In this document: positions 12,021-25,700 of the stretch, piece by piece
Layout of the letters: every line of letters begins with the position of its first letter
How positions within the stretch are numbered: the first letter of the stretch is position 1
Source: Rhizaria sp. SCN 62-66
Lineage: Eukaryota
Reading direction: 5' to 3'
Assembly: GCA_001724265.1 (NCBI GenBank)
Contig: MEDY01000089.1
Location: forward strand, 1-64,000
DNA: 64,000 bases
Notes under the pieces: generated by a model
Databases searched by the model: none
What the model was told of the DNA's origin: nothing
Seen by the model: only the letters and a program-made list of their open reading frames with translations
Made by a program: the position numbers and the translations under genes

Positions 12021-13014
12021 GCGTCAAATTGAGTATGAGTAAAGTTATGGCGATAAGAGAAGAGTTGATACTGTGATTGGCTGTGATATAAACATTACAG
12101 TTTGAATTTCAATTAGAATTTGATGAAAATACACCAAAAAACACTATTAAACCAAAGACGAGCGTCGACCTGACTGAGCTTGCGGTATAATCCTATTGAA
12201 GCAAGCATATAACGTTGTTGCGATAAGTATGTTTGTTGGAAAGCAATATAATGTATTATTTGTCCGTCATCATCAATGACGAATAAATGAGGAATAACAA
12301 CAAAATGAGGAACTAAGACACAATTTCAAATCATGCGCATTCAGCCATTCGTGTCGTGCTCAAAGCACAGTAAGCTCTTAAACACACTCAAAACATGTCA
12401 TGAGCATGTGAAGCTATCAAGTGAGTGCGTTGCTTCGCTTCTATCATGCTCTCTTTCTCTGTCTGTGTCGCCGTAACAGTAACTGGCACTGTTGATCGTA
12501 CTTACATGTTAAGACTTACGACTAGCGGCAGTGCTAGGAGGAAGAGCAAGTAAGTGGGAGCAACAAACGTACAGTCAAAGAAGCAAGACCAGGCGTCACA
12601 ACGAACACTGACGAGTGTTAGTAATGCAACAATGACAGATTAGCAGAAGGATAAGAGAATAAAGAACTGTGCGCAAAGCAGAGACGAAAACAACGAGCGA
12701 GCTCGATTATTCGTGTGTTTTGTTGGTTTTGATTGTTGATTGTTATTTGCTATAAATTATAATCGCGTAATGATTTTGTACTTGTAATACTAAAAACTAT
12801 GATTGCATGAAAATATTACGAAAAACTATGTGAATCTGTGTGTTTCTTGTCGTAACAAGAACAAAAGTTTGAAAGGAGTCGATCTTGAGTCAATCAGTCA
12901 AAGAGAAAAGAGAGAAACAGACAAAAGAAAGAAAGAGTGACTTGACGGAACAATGTCACCAAACAAATCAACTCCAAGAACAGAGAAGAGGAAGGTTACC
13001 GGTTAGTTCTTTCG

Positions 13015-16000
13015 TTAGTTCCTCCTGAACGACGCCAGTCCAAAGGCCTGCTCGCCGGTGGCTGCCAGCGTCGCCGCCAACGAGCCCTGAGCCCCCATAC
13101 CGCCACGGCCTTGGCCTTGCTGTTGCGGCTGCCGGTAATGTCCCTGTCCTTGCTGCTGCTGCTGCTGCTGCTGCTGGAGAGCGAGTTGCTGCTGCAGACT
13201 CATCTGCTGCGGCGGCGGCTGCATGCCCCCCCTCGGCCCCATCACAGGCCCGCTACTGATATTCCCCCCGCCGCCGCCGCCGCCGCCGCCGCCCTGAGGC
13301 AGGCGGGGGTTCCTGGCGACGAGGCGCCGCGCCTCACCCACCGTGCGCGGCCGGTCATACCCCGGCGGCAGCCGCCCGCCAGCAGCAGCGCCAGCGGCAG
13401 CGCCGCCGGGAGCGCTGAAGCCCTGGGGGCCGGCGCCGGCGCTGCTCGCGACAGGCACCGAGCCCGCGGTGTGGGCGTGGGCGGGGGCGTTGTTGTAGCG
13501 GGACACGGGGCCCGCGCGCGAGGCCGACTGGGAGCCGTACATCGGGCCCGCGGCGGCAGCGCTGCTGTTGTTGCTGTTGTTGACGGCCCCCAGGTCCAGG
13601 CGGTAGTCGCCCGCGCCGCCGCTGCTGCTGTCGAGGCGGCCGCGGCGGGGCGTGCCCAGTGAGCCCATTCCCAGTCCAGCGCCAGCGCCAGTGCCAGCGG
13701 CGGCGCGGGCGCCGGAGAGCGTGCCGGCGAGACTGCTGCCGGCGCTGAGCTTGGCCGCGTTCCCGTACATCAGTCCGCCGCCGCTAGGACCGTTGTGGCC
13801 AGCGCTCTGGCCGCTCTGGCGGTACACTGAGGACGGGTAGGGGGGCTGCACGGCGGCGTGGGTGTACTCGTACTCGTACACCTCGCCGCCACTGCCGCCG
13901 CCGCCGCCGTTGCCGTAGCCAGCGCCGCCAGTGTAGCCGTTGGCGTTGCCGCCGTTGCCACTGTTGAGCGAGTTGAGGTATGCACCGTAGCCGTTGTAGC
14001 CCGCGCCCTCCGCGCCGCCGGAGCCGCTGTTGTTGCGCGAATGGTGTGCGCTGCCGCTCGCAGTGCCAGCGCTGTACTGCGGCAGAGACTGCTGCTGCTG
14101 CTGGTGGTGCAACTCGTCGCTATAGTGCTGTTGCTGGGGCGGGTAGTCGGTGCCGCCGTAGTGCTGCTGGCTGCTGCTGCTGGTGTAAAACTGCCCTTGC
14201 TGCTGCGGGTTGTTGTTGTTGCTGAATGGACCGCTGTGGTGTTGGTTCGCATTGGCCGCGCCGTAGCTGGCGCCGGCGCCGGCGCCTCTGATGCTGTGGC
14301 TGTTGGGGTGGGGCGCCCCGCCCGCGGAGTACGACACGCGCATCCGCCGCTCAGTCGGCCCCGCGCCGCCGCCCTGGCCGCCGCCGCCGCCGCCGACGGT
14401 GCGGACAGGGACACTTACATTGCCGTGGGCGCCGCTTACATTGGCCGGAAGGGAGCCCGAGTTCGAGGCCCCCGCCAGGCTGTTGCTGAAGGGCCCGCTC
14501 CCGCTCGCCGCAGGAGCGGTGCTGCCCGCGATGCGCGCGCCCGAGGTACTTAGACTCGCGTGTAAGTACCCACCGCCGCCATCGTCGTTGTTGACGGAGC
14601 CAGCGCGCGCGGTCGAGGGCGTTCCGGGCGGCGCGTAACCCTGATTGGCGTGGGAATTCGTGCTTGCGTTCATCGCGCGCGCGGTGCGGGGGGTGCCCAG
14701 ACCCATCGCGTTGTTCCCACCGCCGCCGCCGCTGCCGCCGCCGCCAACAGGGACGTCGTCGTGGTTGTGGTACACCGCCGCGGGGGAAGCGCCGCCACCG
14801 CCACTGTACAAGTCAGCATTGTCGTTGCTGTTCAGGGGCCGCAGAGGGCCGCCAGAGCCAGGCCTGGAGGTCGTGCCGGTGCCGGCGCCAGAGTCAGAGC
14901 TCTGGTAGCCGCCGCCGCCGCCGTAGTGACCGTGGGTGTGACCGTGGGAGTGACCGTGAGCGGGGCCGCCGGGGTAATTGCCGTTGTCGTAGTTCTCGCC
15001 GGCGTTGCTGCTGCTAGCGTACTACCGGCTGTTGCTGTAGCCATTGTTGTACTGCTGCTGCTGCTGTAACTGCATTTGGTGTTGCTGCATTTGCTGCTGC
15101 TGCTGCTGCTGCTGGTGCGCGTACGTGTTATACCCGCCGCCCAGCAGCCCGCCGGTGCCGGATCCGCCCAGCTGCTCCCGCTTGCGCGCCTCCACGGCCG
15201 CGCGGTCGGTGCCGCCCGCGCGCCGCACGGCCGAAGCCATCTCGGCCGCGCGGCGGTCGGCCTCGGCCAGCTTGCGCGCCAGCATCGCCTCGCGGGTACT
15301 TAGACCGCCGGGGGTACTTAGACCGGGGCCCGGGGCAGGGGAGCTGAGACCACTGTTGTTGCTGCTGTTGGCGTTGCTTGCACCCGTGGTGGTCGTTGTG
15401 TGCGCGGTCTGGACGGGGTACTGCGAGTGCTGATGCAGAGTCGCCTGGTTGCTGTTCTGGTACTCCGAGCCAGCGCCAGAGCTAGAGCCAGAGGGGCCAG
15501 AGCCGAGGAGACCGTGAGCAGAGTGACCGTGAGCGGCGTCGTCATTGTTAGCCACAGGCGCAGGCGCAGGCACAGGGACCGATGCCCAGGACCGCTGGCG
15601 CACATGCGTCCTCCCCCCAGCGCCCGCGCCAGAGCCAGTGGAGCCGGGGCCGGAGCCGGGGGGCGGCTGCGGAGTCAGGAGACCGGGCCCGCCGTTGCCG
15701 TTGCCGTTGGGGGAAGTGAACGGCGAGGGCTGCGACGGCGGCCGCGGCTGCATCGGCTTTGCGCCACCAGAGGTTGAGTTCGCAACGCTGACACTGACGC
15801 CAGCGATCCCGGAACCACTTCCGCTCGAGGTCACAGCGGTGGCAGCGGCAGCGGGGGGCTGGGGCGACACCGGCAGCGGCGTGTCGTTGGTAACCACGGT
15901 GGGCTGCGGCGGGGCGCCGATGACGACGCCGCCGTGGATGCTGCTGTCGCCCGCGATGCGCGGCGTCGCCGAAGTACTGACACCAGAGGTACTTCCACCG

Positions 16001-18857
16001 CCGCTGCCGCTGCCATTAGCGGTGGGCGGCCGCGCGCGCGCGCTGAAGGCCCCGGGCGCCTCCGCGCCGCCGCGACCGCCGCTGCTGGTGCCGGGGCGGG
16101 GGCCGACAGGCCGCTCGTCGTAAGCCGTAGCAGCGTTGTGTTGCCGTGGGGGCTGCTGGGACTGGGACTGCGGCGGCTCGAAGGTCTCCAGGAGGGGGTA
16201 GGCGGCGGCGATGGCGCTGTCGAGCGCGGCCGAACCTGACAGCGTGGCCGTAGCGGCGGTAGCGGTGTGGGCGGTGATGGCAGCAGGGATCGGTCGGTCG
16301 ATGACAATACTAGCTGCAGTGATGTCATCGTCGTCGTCCTCAGGATTGCTATTGCCGTTGCCGTTGTTGTTGTGATACATGCCGCCGACAGGATCAGCGC
16401 CGGAGCCGGCGTGCGAGAACGAGTGCGCATTGCCGTGGCTGCCATCGGAGCCGTCGACGTTGTTTGACGCCATCCGCAGCAGCAGGTTGTCGGCGTCGGC
16501 CACGAACGAGTTGTTCACACCACCGCTCTTGCTGGTCTTGGTGATCGTCATCACGTGCCCGGTCTCAGTCGCAGTCCCAGTCGCACCAGTCGTGTTCGCG
16601 GCCGTGTTCGTGGTGGTGATCAGCCCGGGTGCCAAAGGCTTGCGCTCCGCGATAAGCGTGCCGTTGGGGCCGAGCACGGCCTGCACGGGGAACGCGTCCG
16701 TGCGCCACATCGCGCTGTCATCCACGTTCACGGCCGCCACGCCCGCGCTCACCACTGGGGCGCCCGCGATCTCAAAGCTGGCGCCAGCGATCGGGTTGCC
16801 GTGAGCGTTGACCTTGATGGTGTCGCCGCTACGGACTGTGGTGGTGCCGCCAGCAATAGCGTTGACGTTGCCATTGGCAGTCGTGAGCGCGCTCGTCGTG
16901 TTGGAGGCGCCCGGCAGCGCTTTGCCCTCGTACACGGCCGTATCGGGGTACAGCTCCGCCGCGGCCGCGCGCGCCGCCGCCGCCGCAGCGCCGTTGGTGG
17001 CGTTGGCGGGGCCGTTGACCTGAGCGTAGTCCTCGAAGTCGTCGGCGTACTCAGTGTCGCCGAGCTTGTTGTTGATGCTGGCTTTATTCCCAGCGTTGGC
17101 GTCATTGCTGTTGGTCTGGTTCGCAGCAGCAGCAGCAGCAGCAGTGGTGTTGTTGGCGGTGGGATAGGCAGACGCTGGGAGCCCAGCCGCCGCCGCAGCC
17201 GCAGTCGCCGTCGCGTTCGCATTGGTGGCAGTGCTGCTTGACTCCTGCGCGTTGCTGTTGTTGCTGTTGTTGTTTGCGCGCAGCTGCTGCTGCTCGCGGA
17301 GATGCTGCTCCCACACGGGGTCGACCTCGAGCGACTCGCCCTCGGGCCACGAGCACCGCGCGTCGAGCACGCGCAGTCTCGCCAGCGCCTCGTGCACGTC
17401 CGGCCGGTCGTCGGGGCTTTTAGACAACAGCGCGTCAATCAGGTCGCTCAGCCCCGTCGAGTACAGTGACCCGATGCCCGGGAGAGCCTTGAGCGGCGTG
17501 TGGGGCTCCAGCACGATGAGCCGCACCAGCGACAGGATGTTGTTGGCCTGAGAGAGATAGAGAGTCGAGATCAAAGCAAAAGAGTGAGAAAGATGGATTC
17601 GAGGATTCGAGGACGTATAACTGAGAATACGACAATACAATGATTTAAAGAACTAAAAAAGATTTAAAAGGAGCATAGAATACATAAAGTTACATGCTAC
17701 ACAGTTGTAATGTCTTTGCATGATCGATTACAGTCTGACTGCAAGCCGTACCTGGAAGGGCCTCTCAAGCGCGCAGAGCTCGTACAGCACGACTCCGAGC
17801 GACCAGATGTCGCTCTTATAGTCGTAGGGCTGCGCCTTGGCCAGCTCGGGCGAGAGGTAAAAGGGCGTGCCGCACTGCGTGTTTGCGTTGTCGAGCGTGT
17901 TGTCCATCTTGCGGGCGACGCCAAAGTCGGCGAGCTTGACCTCGTTCTCGGCCGTGAGCAGGATGTTGGCCGTCTTGATATCGCGGTGCAGCACCTTGCG
18001 GTCGTGCAAGTAGCCCAGCGCGAAGCCCGACGACAGCGCCCAGTGCAGCACGCGCTTCTCGCTGAAGTGGCGCCGCCTCATGAACGCCTCGTTGCACTTG
18101 CCGCCGCCGAGCGGCGACACGCCGGGCTTCACACCGCCGCCGCTGCCGCCGCCTCCGCCGGGTTTGCGGGCCGCCGCGGCCGCCGCGGCAGCCACGGCGG
18201 CGGGCCCCGCGGCGCGCTCGGCCTCGTTGCGCGGCAGCGCGGCGCGGTGCGCGATGCGGACGGCGAGGTCGCGGCCGGCAGCGTACTCCATGACGATGGC
18301 GACGACGCGCTCGCCGGCCTCGAAGGCGCCGTAGACTTTGATGATGTTGGGGTGCTTCATCGCCTGCAGCAGACGCGCCTCGCGGACGGCGGCGCGTGTG
18401 GCGGCGGCGTAGGCGGCGGCGTCCGAGGCGGCCGAGCCCGCGGAGGCGTCGGGCTGGATGGTGACCTCTTTGAGGACGATGCGTGTGCGGTTCTCATCCT
18501 CGGCCAGATAGACCGTGCCGTAGCTGCCGCGGCCTGGAGACACACACAAAGGGACAGAAAGAGAGAGAATAGAGCAAAACAAAACAGAAACACACAGGAA
18601 AATGAACAAGGGGAGTCGAAAAGAGTTGGAGAGAGCGAGCGAGGACGAAACGTTGGTCAATAAGCGAGACGATATAAGATGAAGGACGACGAACCAAGTA
18701 CACCGAGTTTGTGGAAGCGAGCGCCGCTGCCACCACCGCCACTGCCACTGCCACTGCTGGCAGCGTTGCTGTTGCTGCTGCTCGCAGTGGTCGAGACGTT
18801 GTTGTTGCTGCCGCCGCTCGGAGGTGGCAGCGCTGGCCCCATCGGTGGCGCTGACAT
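13015..18857 (-). CDS. NIMA-related Ser/Thr kinase (NEK family) with very long disordered C-terminus, 1825 aa, one in-frame TAG
   Basis: Exons 18857-18695, 18533-17752, 17547-13015 (introns GTTCGT..CAG, GTACGG..CAG; total 5478 nt, divisible by 3). Motifs LGRGSYGTVY, VLK, HRDIKTANILL, DFG, CGTPFYLSPEL, DIWSLGVVLYELC. TAG at 15024-15022 joins track ORFs 15022..17640 and 13015..14811 in frame. Ends TAA. Confidence 0.9.
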
Positions 18858-19754
18858 GTCGGCGGCGACGGTAGAGACGGCGGCGACGACTGCGACGCGC
18901 GCGCGGGCGGACGACACCGGCTGGCTCTGTTGCTGCGGCGGGTGGCGCGAGTCGGCGAGGGGGCGCTGCGGGGCGCGGGGCAAGATGCTGCGCTGAGCTG
19001 GCGGGAGCGAGCCTTAGGGCTCAGACAAGACGCTAGGCAGGGAGAGAGGAGTTGGGGGTGGCGAACCAGCTGGCTCCTGATGGAATATGGGGCGCGTGAA
19101 GAAACAGCAAATAAAAATTTGGATGAGCAAGCACAGGAGATAACTTATAGATCAAACATAAAGCCGCAGCATCGCTCAGGATACCATGAAAAGCCACCGA
19201 TTTAAACCATGAAACTCTCGCCAGAAACCGTACTCAACTTGGCTTGCTTGCTCCTCGCACTCGGTTCTCAAAAAATTACTGTCCGAACCAAAAAGTGGGC
19301 GAGATCACAATCTGGACCGTTCGTGTCAGGTGAAGGACGAGTTTTCGAGGTGAAATGACAGATCTGTGCCATAGATTCGTGATAATATTATCGCTAAACC
19401 GATAGATAGGTGATTATACTACTTGCTTTCTACTAATTTCTGCCTTGAAACATATTATCTTGACCTCTGGGCCACGAAAGGCGAAGGCCGCTGAGCCCGG
19501 CGAAGACCTCCCCCTTATAGCCCCACTTGGTTGGACTTTGTTTTGTTTGTTTCCACGTCTGCCTGTGCTTTATTTCACACGCTCTTACTTTATTCCTTTT
19601 TTACGATACTTTTCACATCTATTAGTGCAACTTGGGGTCTATTAAACACGCTAAAAACATTGTCTTGTCCCTGTTAAAGGCCTTGCCCCTCCGCTGTCGG
19701 CGTCCCACGACACTAACTGTTACAACAATCGCCCCACACACGGTCCCATTCGTC

Positions 19755-22700
19755 ATGCAAAGGTCCTGCGCGCGGTACACTACTATTTTTGCTGGCCTTT
19801 TCCTTTGTGTCACTTTCCTCTTTCCGGCCAACGCCATCCCATTGGCCCCAGAAAGGTCCTTCAAAATCGCTGCCGACAACACAGCCCCAGTCACGTCGAC
19901 CGCTTCAAACTCCGCTGTTTCCACTCCGGCCCTCACTAACACTGTCACTGAAGACGATGCCCATTACGGCCTATATCTTACCGATCAATCGGGGCCCTTC
20001 ACAGGTTTTAACCCCACTTCTGTCACTGTTGCAGATGCAGATCCGGCCTCTGCCAACGGAGCCGCTCATCTGGCCCTCCCCTTGAGCGCAGAGGAAAATG
20101 ATAGTACTCACACAGAGAGCGGTGTCCACGAGTCGCTCCTCGAGCGCACCCTGCGCAAAGCGTCTAGTGCACGCTCTCACAAAACACCAACCGCTCGTTC
20201 AGGCGTCTCTAGCTCTGATTCTCTTTCTCGCCCCGGCTCAAGCACTCGCTCCGGCTCCCACTTGAATTACGGTGATGCTGGCCTGTCAGCTCGCGCGAGC
20301 GCAACTGCGAGTGCTCGCATTATCGACGCGTCCCCCAGGCCCAGCTTTTTCTCGCAGCCGTTCTTTCCCACTGATGACGAGGAGCCCCCCCCGACAGACC
20401 CCGTCGGCGACGACACCGAAGACGAAGAAGAGCCCGTCGAATCAATGGACATCGACCCGTCGTACACGTTCGCGAGCGAGACGCTTTTGGTCATCCCTGA
20501 CTCCTCATCGGGCGCGACCTATACGCTGTCGATTGACGGCACATTTACCATCGACGCCATGTTGGCCGACCTCGCGCTCAACACCTGGATTGAGATCGTG
20601 TCCACCAACACGACCGCGATGACCCTCGTCTCCGGCTCCGTTTCTTCGACCTCGTCCACCTGCTCGTTCGTCTCGGCCTCGGCCTCGACGGTGCGCGCGC
20701 TGTTAACCGCCGCGCCTACCACCCATCTCCAATACGCGACCACCACGTGTCAATTCCGCAATCTCCGTCTGCTGTACGTCGGCACGTCGGCGTGGGCGAC
20801 GACGTCGAGCCCTTTCGTGCTCAACTCGGCGATCCTGGCGCTGCGCGTGCAGTCCAGGGGCACCATGCTGTTTGGCGCGTCGACGACGACGCTGTCGCTG
20901 ACCAACAGCGGCGTCACGACGCCGTGCTCCTACATCAGCGGCATCGACCGCCGCGTGAATCGCGCTTCGTTGACTGCGACGCGCATGGTGACGTCGACAC
21001 TGCGCATGTTCATCTACCCCATCGTCGACGCCAGCGCGATGGCAACGACGTTCACGCTCACCGTGGCTGCCAGCTGCAACTCGGTCACGGCCACGCACGG
21101 CAGCCCATCCGGCATAAACAAGTACGACTCGTCCGTTAACGCGCCCTACCGCGTGCTGTACTTCGACTTCACCAAGACGTTCCCGCTTGACGAGGCCGAC
21201 GACCACCTGATCGACCCGACGTGCTACACCGTCACGATGACGTCCATGGGTACTGCGCGCAGGCTTACTGAGGTTCTCCGCACAATCACGTCGGCGACCT
21301 CAATGCACGACTTTGCCATTTACCCCGTTGGTGTCAAAATCTCCTCTCTCGCGACGCCCAGCATGGCGACTAATGACGTGCTGCTGTCCACAGACTGGGA
21401 GATGCTGATCTGGCGCCTGCAGAACTCTAACCTAAACGCTAACCTCACCGTCACTTGCGACATTTTGGGGGCGTATTTCACTTCTGACGCGCAGCGTGTC
21501 CCATCCGCCACGTCGGGCGTAACAGAGCTGGCCTGCACCGGCAGCACTGTCGTCGACGGCAATCTGGTTTTGTACGGCTGCCCGAAGTACACGCTGCCGA
21601 CAGACGGCCATCTCGAGACGTTCGTGGCGCGATTCAGTGATGTCATTTTGACTTACGCTACGTTCAACGCGATCCTCGGGACAAACACGATGGTTGCGCG
21701 AACTTTCGGGCTAACTAACAAGGCCAACAACGTTGTCATCACACAGCAGAACACAGACGCTAGCGACGACACGCTCGTCATCGCCGACTCCAAGACGGGC
21801 TTCCTCGTCCGAGGCTACTCCCGAGGCGCCAAGTCGTTCTCCTCCACCAACTCGCAGTCAGCGTCGCCCACAGTGACACACCAGGTCAACATGGCCTACT
21901 CGATCAGGCTGTTCTTTTTCCGCCGCGTGACCAACTACTACATCTCAGTCTCGACCAACTACCACGTCAGCCCGGTGAGTGCGACTGTGCCGGTCGACTC
22001 ATGCGCGACGAAAGGAGCATTGGTTTTCAATTGCACCTCCAGTACCACCTCAGTCAGTGAAGTCAGGCCTGTGTACTCGATTGACTGGGCTGTGACGACT
22101 TTCGCCGCCTCAGGTTGGACGTTTACATCCAATTTCACGTACATCAAAGCAGGCCTGATCGTCGAAACATCCAACGCGGCCGTTGGCGGCCCGATGTACG
22201 ACACTGTTATCTCCGAGCCGCAGTTCTCGTTCAACCCCGTCTTCACGGAGGAGACGTGGACCGAGTACAACTTTGCGGCCACGTTCTCAATCTTTATCAT
22301 GATGTATCAGTCCACGCTGCAGGGCGATTGGGCTGTCGCGCTCACATCCTCGACCTGCGGCACGCTGCTTGGCAACCCTGCTGTGGAGCTGGTCAATGCG
22401 CCAACGACGCCGGCGTCGTGCGCCACGCGCTACGACGCTACGGGCTACACCAACGTCTCGATGGGGGCCGTTTGCACGTTCACGCCGCCGGCGTTCTACG
22501 TTATGAGGCTGAAGTATGCTTACACACTGAATAACGTTGACCAAACTGCGTATTTTAGTTCCAAGCAAGTGCCAAGCACATGTTTCACGATGACACGTGC
22601 CTCAACCGCGACTATATACGGCCCTGTGACGTATGCAATCCTGCCCAAGGTTCCGAACAACTATTACACGTTCACGTCGTCGTCGTTTACTATGACACCC

Positions 22701-25700
22701 GGACCCAGCCCAGCGACTACAGTGACAGCGACGGTGACCGGCAACTTCACCTTTTACTTCGGCGAGTACATTATGCAAGGCACCCAGTTTTCGCTTTACT
22801 CAACCTACGGAGCGAACGTGATTGACTTTTCTAACGCCACTGTTACCGGCTCACTGCCCGCGTGCGCCCTTGTCTCGGCGTCATCGACCTTGTTGAAGCT
22901 GTCTCTATTGAGCTCGACCGTGTACTCCCCCACTAACACCGTCAAGTTCTCCTGCATTATCACCGGCATTATCGTCGGCAACTCCTCCGCGGCCGCCGCG
23001 GTGTCGTCCTCAGACGCGTACACGCTGGTCCCTAACGCCATCACGATTTTGTCTGCGGCCCACCCAGCCGCGGGCATGCCCTCCCAGGACATGTCGATCG
23101 CTCTGCGCGCCGCGGACACACCGCGGTACTATTGGTTCATCATGCCCGTCGGCACCAGGTATGTCAATCGTGGCTCCGCTGCGGCCTCGGTCAACTACCT
23201 CTACCGCCAAATGTACGTGTACTTTTACTCTCCTTACGGATACGATGAGATTATTAGCTTCAACGTCGTGTACTCGGCATCATCTCCTTGCAACGGACTG
23301 ACTCCCATCGTGTCGTTTGGCACAGTGTCAATGACTTTGGGTTCGCGCATTGGATATTACACCAATCTTCCTCTGGTGTTCGATCTGACGACGACTTCAC
23401 TGTACACACTGCCGACGTCATGTTTGACCTTCACGACCACTGTGTCGTCCGTAACGTACCCGATTCCCTACTGCGGCGCCCCTGCGCGCTCGATGAACTC
23501 GTACACGAGGCAGTATGACTTCGTGATCTACCCCGTCGGCGCGTCCTTCGACACCAGCACGGTCGATCCCTACGCCGTCCCGGGCGATTCGGCAACCGTG
23601 CTGATGACGTGGGACTTAGTGCTGTTTTACCACAACACAGCGGTGGTAAACCACAGTATTCCTCTGGTGATGCAGTCCACGCTCGCTTCGTTTACAACGT
23701 TGACCGGGGCCACGATTGCCCTTCCTCTCTACTCATCCACGTATTCTAAGCTCTCGTGCAACGATATTGCTGCAACTGCAAATACGGTCACACTTAGCAA
23801 CTGCGCGACTGTTACTGGCACAACTGATGGCTATTTTGCGCCCGTTACGTTGCGAAATCGCAGACCCGACGGCCAGGAGCGGCACCACGTGTTCTACGAT
23901 GATCAAGGGGTATATGTTGTGCAGTGTGCCGGCCGCGCCTGCGGCAGCTATGTTTCAGGTTTACATCACATACTTGTTCCCTTACTCTACCCTGACCTAC
24001 CTCCGGGCGCAGTTTAAGAGCAGGGTCATTTTTGTTGCTGGGGTTGGTTTCAACTCTGAGTTGTTGCCTCTGTTTGACGTCAATCTCCAAAAACGCATTG
24101 ACACGTCAGACGGTGTCCCTCTTGGAATCTACGTTCATCTAGACAACCCCTTGTACGCTGGGACTGATTATGTTGCCGACATCTCGATCTACATCTTTAT
24201 GATTGCTGTCGCTGGCACAGATATTGTCACGGCGCATGATCTCGCAATCACTCCGGGTTGCGGCACCGTCACAAGCGGTATTGTGCCGTCACTGTACAAT
24301 CATCAGCTCACAAACACGTGCTCGAATCGTTACAACGCACCCGACGGCTTCAAGTATCTCATCAATTTTCCCGTCGAATGCGTGCCGAGTCCTCAGCCGA
24401 AATTTGCGAGGTATACGATGGCCAGCGGTTACACCTTGCCCAATGCCGACTTAAATTCCTATATGTTGGCTGGCAACCTCTCGTATACTTGCTTTCAGGC
24501 CACATCCCAGGATTACGGAACAACTTTTCATATGTTGGAAAACATCGCTTTGCCTGAAGCGCCCAAGGCTTCTTACACTTATGTGGCGACGACATATTCT
24601 TTGGACCTTCACCCTTTGTCGCCGTCTGTTGAGTACGTCACAACAGTCTCGACAGTGCTGCAGATTTCTTTGTCTCAGACGCTGGACAGTTTATCGTACG
24701 TGTCGTTTCTTGCCGCAGCCAGTTCGTTCGACTTAAGTGCCGCTGTGTCGTCCAACTGCACGGTGGTGGCCAAGACGACGACGACGTTGAAGATGATGTT
24801 TCCACTCACGGGTTACGTTGCTGGCGAGATGTTTTCGTTCGCGTGCCAAATTACCGGAATTCAAATTGTTTTCGCCAACAGCGCAGTGCGCGTCACATCT
24901 ACCGTCCCGTACATTATGCTGGCGAATTCACTGCAGATGCGTGTTAACATGGAGTCCGGATCCGGCGTGCCCAACGCAGCAGGTAACATCAACGTCTACG
25001 CGAACGCGCCAAACGCGTTTTGGTCTGTGGTTCAAACAAATCGGGTTATGTCGAGCTTTTATGCGCCCACCCTTGTGCCAGACTTGTCTCTGATGTTCAA
25101 GGTATTTGTTCTCTTCCCAGCACCGACTTTAGAGTCGATCATTATTGCTTTGTCAAGCAATACGACGCTGTGTCCTGATTTCGCCATCTCTCAATCAACG
25201 GGCGCGACGTCAACCTCGGCGAGTGAATACCGTGTTCTCTCCCTTGCCCGCTTGACTTCGTTTAAGTCGACGAGTACTTCTGCATTTTTAGCCACCCACA
25301 GCTGCTTCACGTTTACTTCGTTGACCTCCAGCACAAATGGTGCGCTCACTTACATGCAGTCGACTCCTAACAAGCTTTTCTTGATAGATCAGTATACTGC
25401 TTCCAAGCCGGTTGAGTTTTCGATCCACCCCATGGTGATGACGATGAACAGCGCGACTGACGCAGCCACTACTTCATTTGGCAGCGCGATTATGGATGTC
25501 ATGTTTGAGATCACAATGTATTTTCACACAGCCGTCTCTGGTTACTCCTATACTCTGATCACGGACTCATCTTTCGGGAGTTTAATTAAATTTTCCGCGG
25601 CGTCCGCTCAGCTGGGCACGGTGACTGCGGGCAAGACCACCTACACAAACTGTGTCCTGAGCTTTGTCAACGAGTCAGCACTGGCCTTTAATAGCTGCGA

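Noticed and set aside
23844-23876. Micro-intron explaining the giant-gene frameshift
   Set aside because: The 20-nt and 15-nt GT..AG options give the wrong frame. The 28-nt option (23849-23876) fits the frame but has a non-consensus donor, is far shorter than all other introns here, and does not explain the missing ~105 aa.
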